Source: Candidatus Babeliales bacterium (GTDB taxonomy: Bacteria; Babelota; Babeliae; Babelales; JANWKD01). From it: a stretch of 64,000 nt of DNA. The translations under genes were made by a program, and so were the position numbers. Below the pieces are notes generated by a model. That model did not search any database and had not been told where the DNA came from. It saw only the letters and a program-made list of their open reading frames with translations. Location: NCBI GenBank assembly GCA_963722075.1, contig CAVRJM010000001.1, positions 800,001-864,000 on the forward strand, written 5' to 3'. Position 1 is the stretch's first letter. The number at the start of each line of letters is the position of its first letter. This document shows positions 61,155-64,000 of the stretch, piece after piece.

Positions 61155-62696
61155 TTGATAATGAAAAATCTTGGCAGAGATGTTAGTACCTTTTCGACGT
61201 TAATAACTAATAATTATGTGTATGTCGATAAAACAGAACATATTTATAATTTATTTGCCACGGGCGATCGCTACCATTTTATTTCACGGCCCCGTAGATT
61301 TGGCAAATCCTTACTTATTTCCACCTTACGAGAACTTTTTTTAGGTAACAAAGAACTTTTTAATAATTTATGGATAGGTTCCAGTGATTATCCCTGGAAC
61401 TGCTATCCAGTTATTCATCTTGATTTTTCTGGCATTGCTCATGCCACACCGCAGGATTTACAACGAAATCTTAATCACCACCTTTTGGTTACTGCTCAGC
61501 AATACGGTATTACGTTAGATGAAACAGAACGAGCTCCTGAAGAAAAATTTGAAGAACTTATTATTAAGTTGAGTAGCACTAATAAAGTAGTAGTATTAAT
61601 TGATGAATACAATTATCCACTCATTTCGCATCTGGGATCAATTCACTTAGCTCAAGAATATGAAACAATATTGAAAAATTTTTATGGCATTCTTAAAGGA
61701 TTAGATTTTTATTTGCATGCAGTTTTCATCGTCGGCGTGAGTAAATTTTCTAAATCATCAATTTTTTCTGGGATTAACAATATTGTTGATATCGGAATGA
61801 GTCCCATTGCAAGCACCTTGCTGGGATTCACCCAAGAAGAAATCAAATATTATTTTAATGAACATATTAAACAATTTGCTACTCAAAAAAATAAAACAGA
61901 AACTGAAATTTTGCATGATATGAAATTGTATAATGGCTATCAATTTAGCGCTACCAAAACGCATTTATATAACCCCTATGCAGTGCTTTATTATCTTAAA
62001 GAGCAAGAACTACGTAACTACTGGTATGAATCTGGCGTACCGCTTTTACTGGTTAATCTTTTATACAAACAACTTGAATCACTCGATGCTATTGGTAAAA
62101 TCGAATTTGACGCGCAAACGCTTGATGTATTTGATAGCAACAATATTCCGCTTATTACGCTCTTGTTTCAAACGGGGTATTTAACAATAAAAAATTATAA
62201 CGCTCAAACAAATAAGTTTATTCTTAATTACCCCAATGACTATATTGCGCATGCATTTAAACAAAATGTTATTGAAGCGCTTGCGCACACCAATGCTATT
62301 ATTGTTGAACAAGCATTAGTACTTATAAAAAAAAGTTTTATTAACAATGATTTAAATCAGTTATGCCAAGCTTTGCAAACCCTATTTGCATATATCCCTC
62401 TGAAACTGCCTACCGATCCGGTATCATATTTCTATTTTATTTTTAAAAACCTTTTTAGTTTACTGAGTGCTGATATTAAGAATGTGGTGTCACATGAAAA
62501 AAATTACATTTCATGCGCTATCGAAACGTATCATTTTTTATATAATGCAAAAGTTTTTTTTAATACGAAGGCACCATTAGATGCATCTTTGAGACCATCT
62601 AAACCTTTTTGCGATTCAAAGAAAGAAATTATTTTCATATTACTATGCACACAAACAGCAGAAGGTATTAAAGTAGAATATAAGATACATACATAA
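61155..62696 (+). CDS. AAA-ATPase-like protein of the AAA + PD-(D/E)XK class; nuclease part degenerate
   Basis: YVDKT, SRPRRFGKSL, LIDEYN, GVSKFSK, YNGYQF, LFQTGYLTI, YPN. Confidence 0.85.
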   Translation: MIMKNLGRDVSTFSTLITNNYVYVDKTEHIYNLFATGDRYHFISRPRRFGKSLLISTLRELFLGNKELFNNLWIGSSDYPWNCYPVIHLDFSGIAHATPQDLQRNLNHHLLVTAQQYGITLDETERAPEEKFEELIIKLSSTNKVVVLIDEYNYPLISHLGSIHLAQEYETILKNFYGILKGLDFYLHAVFIVGVSKFSKSSIFSGINNIVDIGMSPIASTLLGFTQEEIKYYFNEHIKQFATQKNKTETEILHDMKLYNGYQFSATKTHLYNPYAVLYYLKEQELRNYWYESGVPLLLVNLLYKQLESLDAIGKIEFDAQTLDVFDSNNIPLITLLFQTGYLTIKNYNAQTNKFILNYPNDYIAHAFKQNVIEALAHTNAIIVEQALVLIKKSFINNDLNQLCQALQTLFAYIPLKLPTDPVSYFYFIFKNLFSLLSADIKNVVSHEKNYISCAIETYHFLYNAKVFFNTKAPLDASLRPSKPFCDSKKEIIFILLCTQTAEGIKVEYKIHT

Positions 62697-62779
62697 GTTG
62701 CTTTTATAATTTTCTATTTTTTTGAAAGTATATAAAATATTGCTTAAATATCTTGTATTTTAGTGATAGAAAGTACTTT

Positions 62780-63793
62780 ATGCTACATACATTTTTTGCC
62801 ATAGTCTTGTTCGGTTATTTGCCCCTCTTACTAAGTATGGAGGCGCCCCGAGAAATTGCAGAATCCAGACCATTAGCTATTGGTGACTTATGCGATCAGA
62901 TTGATTATGTCAACAAAATTATTACATATAGAGCATTACCCTACGGCAACGTACCAGTTAGAAATTTAAAACAAATTAAATTAAATAGTTTATCAAACTT
63001 ACACAAGCAAGAAGACGCGAAAAAAGCTCCTGATTATAATCAGCCTTCAACCATCATACATTCTAGGTTTAGCTTTTGTCTTGATTTTTCTCATTTAAAT
63101 ATTGCGTCACTTAATGGTCTGAAAAAAATTAAAAAAAAACTAAGTAATTTAAGCAGCGACAGTGATTTTAAGTACTTCGATCTAGCTGAAGTTACTGCTC
63201 TTAAATTAAACGGTAATTGCTTAGAACGTGTAGATCTTGATAAAATTTTTAAATTATTTCCAAACGTTCGCACTATTGGGCTAAAAAACAATCAACTATC
63301 TGCTATTAAACATACAAATCCAGTAGAAAATTATATGGCCTTATATTTAACAAAAAATAACTTTACTCAACTACCAGTATTAAAAACTACCGTATCTTAT
63401 ATCAGACTACTAAACAATCCTTTATGCGCATCAGCACGGTTTAAAGCTCGTTTTCCATTTTTGAAACCGGCCTTACTAGATAGTATTTTAAGTTTAATTT
63501 TTGGAATTACCTGCAGTTTATTAGCACATACGGCTTTTAATTTCATAGAGCAAAAAATTCCAATCTCATATGAAAATACAAAAATATTTCTTTCTTATAT
63601 CCCCGTAAAAACGCTTTGTTTATTAAATAGTTGTATACCTATATATCAGCGATTTAAATGCAAAGAAGATATTATTTGTATAAGTAAAAATAAAACATAT
63701 ACACAGTCTTTGGCTGAGTTAGCAGTTTCTCTGCAATTTATTAACAAAAATTATTTTTGGCTTATTAGTAGTATCGTAAACAAACATGGTTAA
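62780..63793 (+). CDS. Secreted leucine-rich-repeat protein (signal + ME) with C-terminal hydrophobic segments
   Basis: LDFSHLNIASL, LKLNGNCL, LKNNQLSAI, LTKNNFTQLP, LLNNPL. Confidence 0.8.
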   Translation: MLHTFFAIVLFGYLPLLLSMEAPREIAESRPLAIGDLCDQIDYVNKIITYRALPYGNVPVRNLKQIKLNSLSNLHKQEDAKKAPDYNQPSTIIHSRFSFCLDFSHLNIASLNGLKKIKKKLSNLSSDSDFKYFDLAEVTALKLNGNCLERVDLDKIFKLFPNVRTIGLKNNQLSAIKHTNPVENYMALYLTKNNFTQLPVLKTTVSYIRLLNNPLCASARFKARFPFLKPALLDSILSLIFGITCSLLAHTAFNFIEQKIPISYENTKIFLSYIPVKTLCLLNSCIPIYQRFKCKEDIICISKNKTYTQSLAELAVSLQFINKNYFWLISSIVNKHG

Positions 63794-64000
63794 TCCAGAA
63801 GATATGCTAAGAATCATTGATATTAACAATGCAAGCATGGATTCATTTAGCTGCACCATTTTTAAAACATTTTTCCCTAAATGATACTCAAATCAATACA
63901 ATAACTGATCGGCTTTCTACTATTCTTGGATTAACACCTCTAGCCCTTGGTTTCATGAGCACCTTGATCAAGACATGGCACCATTGTAAATATAATCGCC

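Overview
AT-rich bacterial chromosome segment. Gene content and style (many short Sec-signal orphan proteins, ankyrin, LRR and Skp1-like proteins, few biosynthetic genes) resemble Candidatus Dependentiae (TM6/Babelota), intracellular parasites of protists; this assignment is an inference. Housekeeping genes: deaD, umuD/umuC, a frameshift-ridden leuS, ilvE, transaldolase, uvrB, an M3 peptidase, a recO-like gene, a large MscS channel, recD2, a deoxynucleoside kinase, a partial ATP synthase operon (c, b', b, delta, alpha) and a GH3 NagZ. No rRNA, tRNA, CRISPR array or transposase was recognised. Two systems stand out. (1) A putative effector repertoire that appears built for host post-translational modification: about 18 proteins have a signal peptide followed directly by a second Met (mostly ME/MQ/MD/MN). 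Six of them end in a CaaX-type motif, five of those six form one paralog family, and others carry Skp1-like, SOCS-box-like, ankyrin, LRR or Cys-rich modules. (2) CGTC-type palindromic REP hairpins at ten intergenic loci, with compensatory stem changes and three-level nested insertions whose filled and empty versions both occur in the window.
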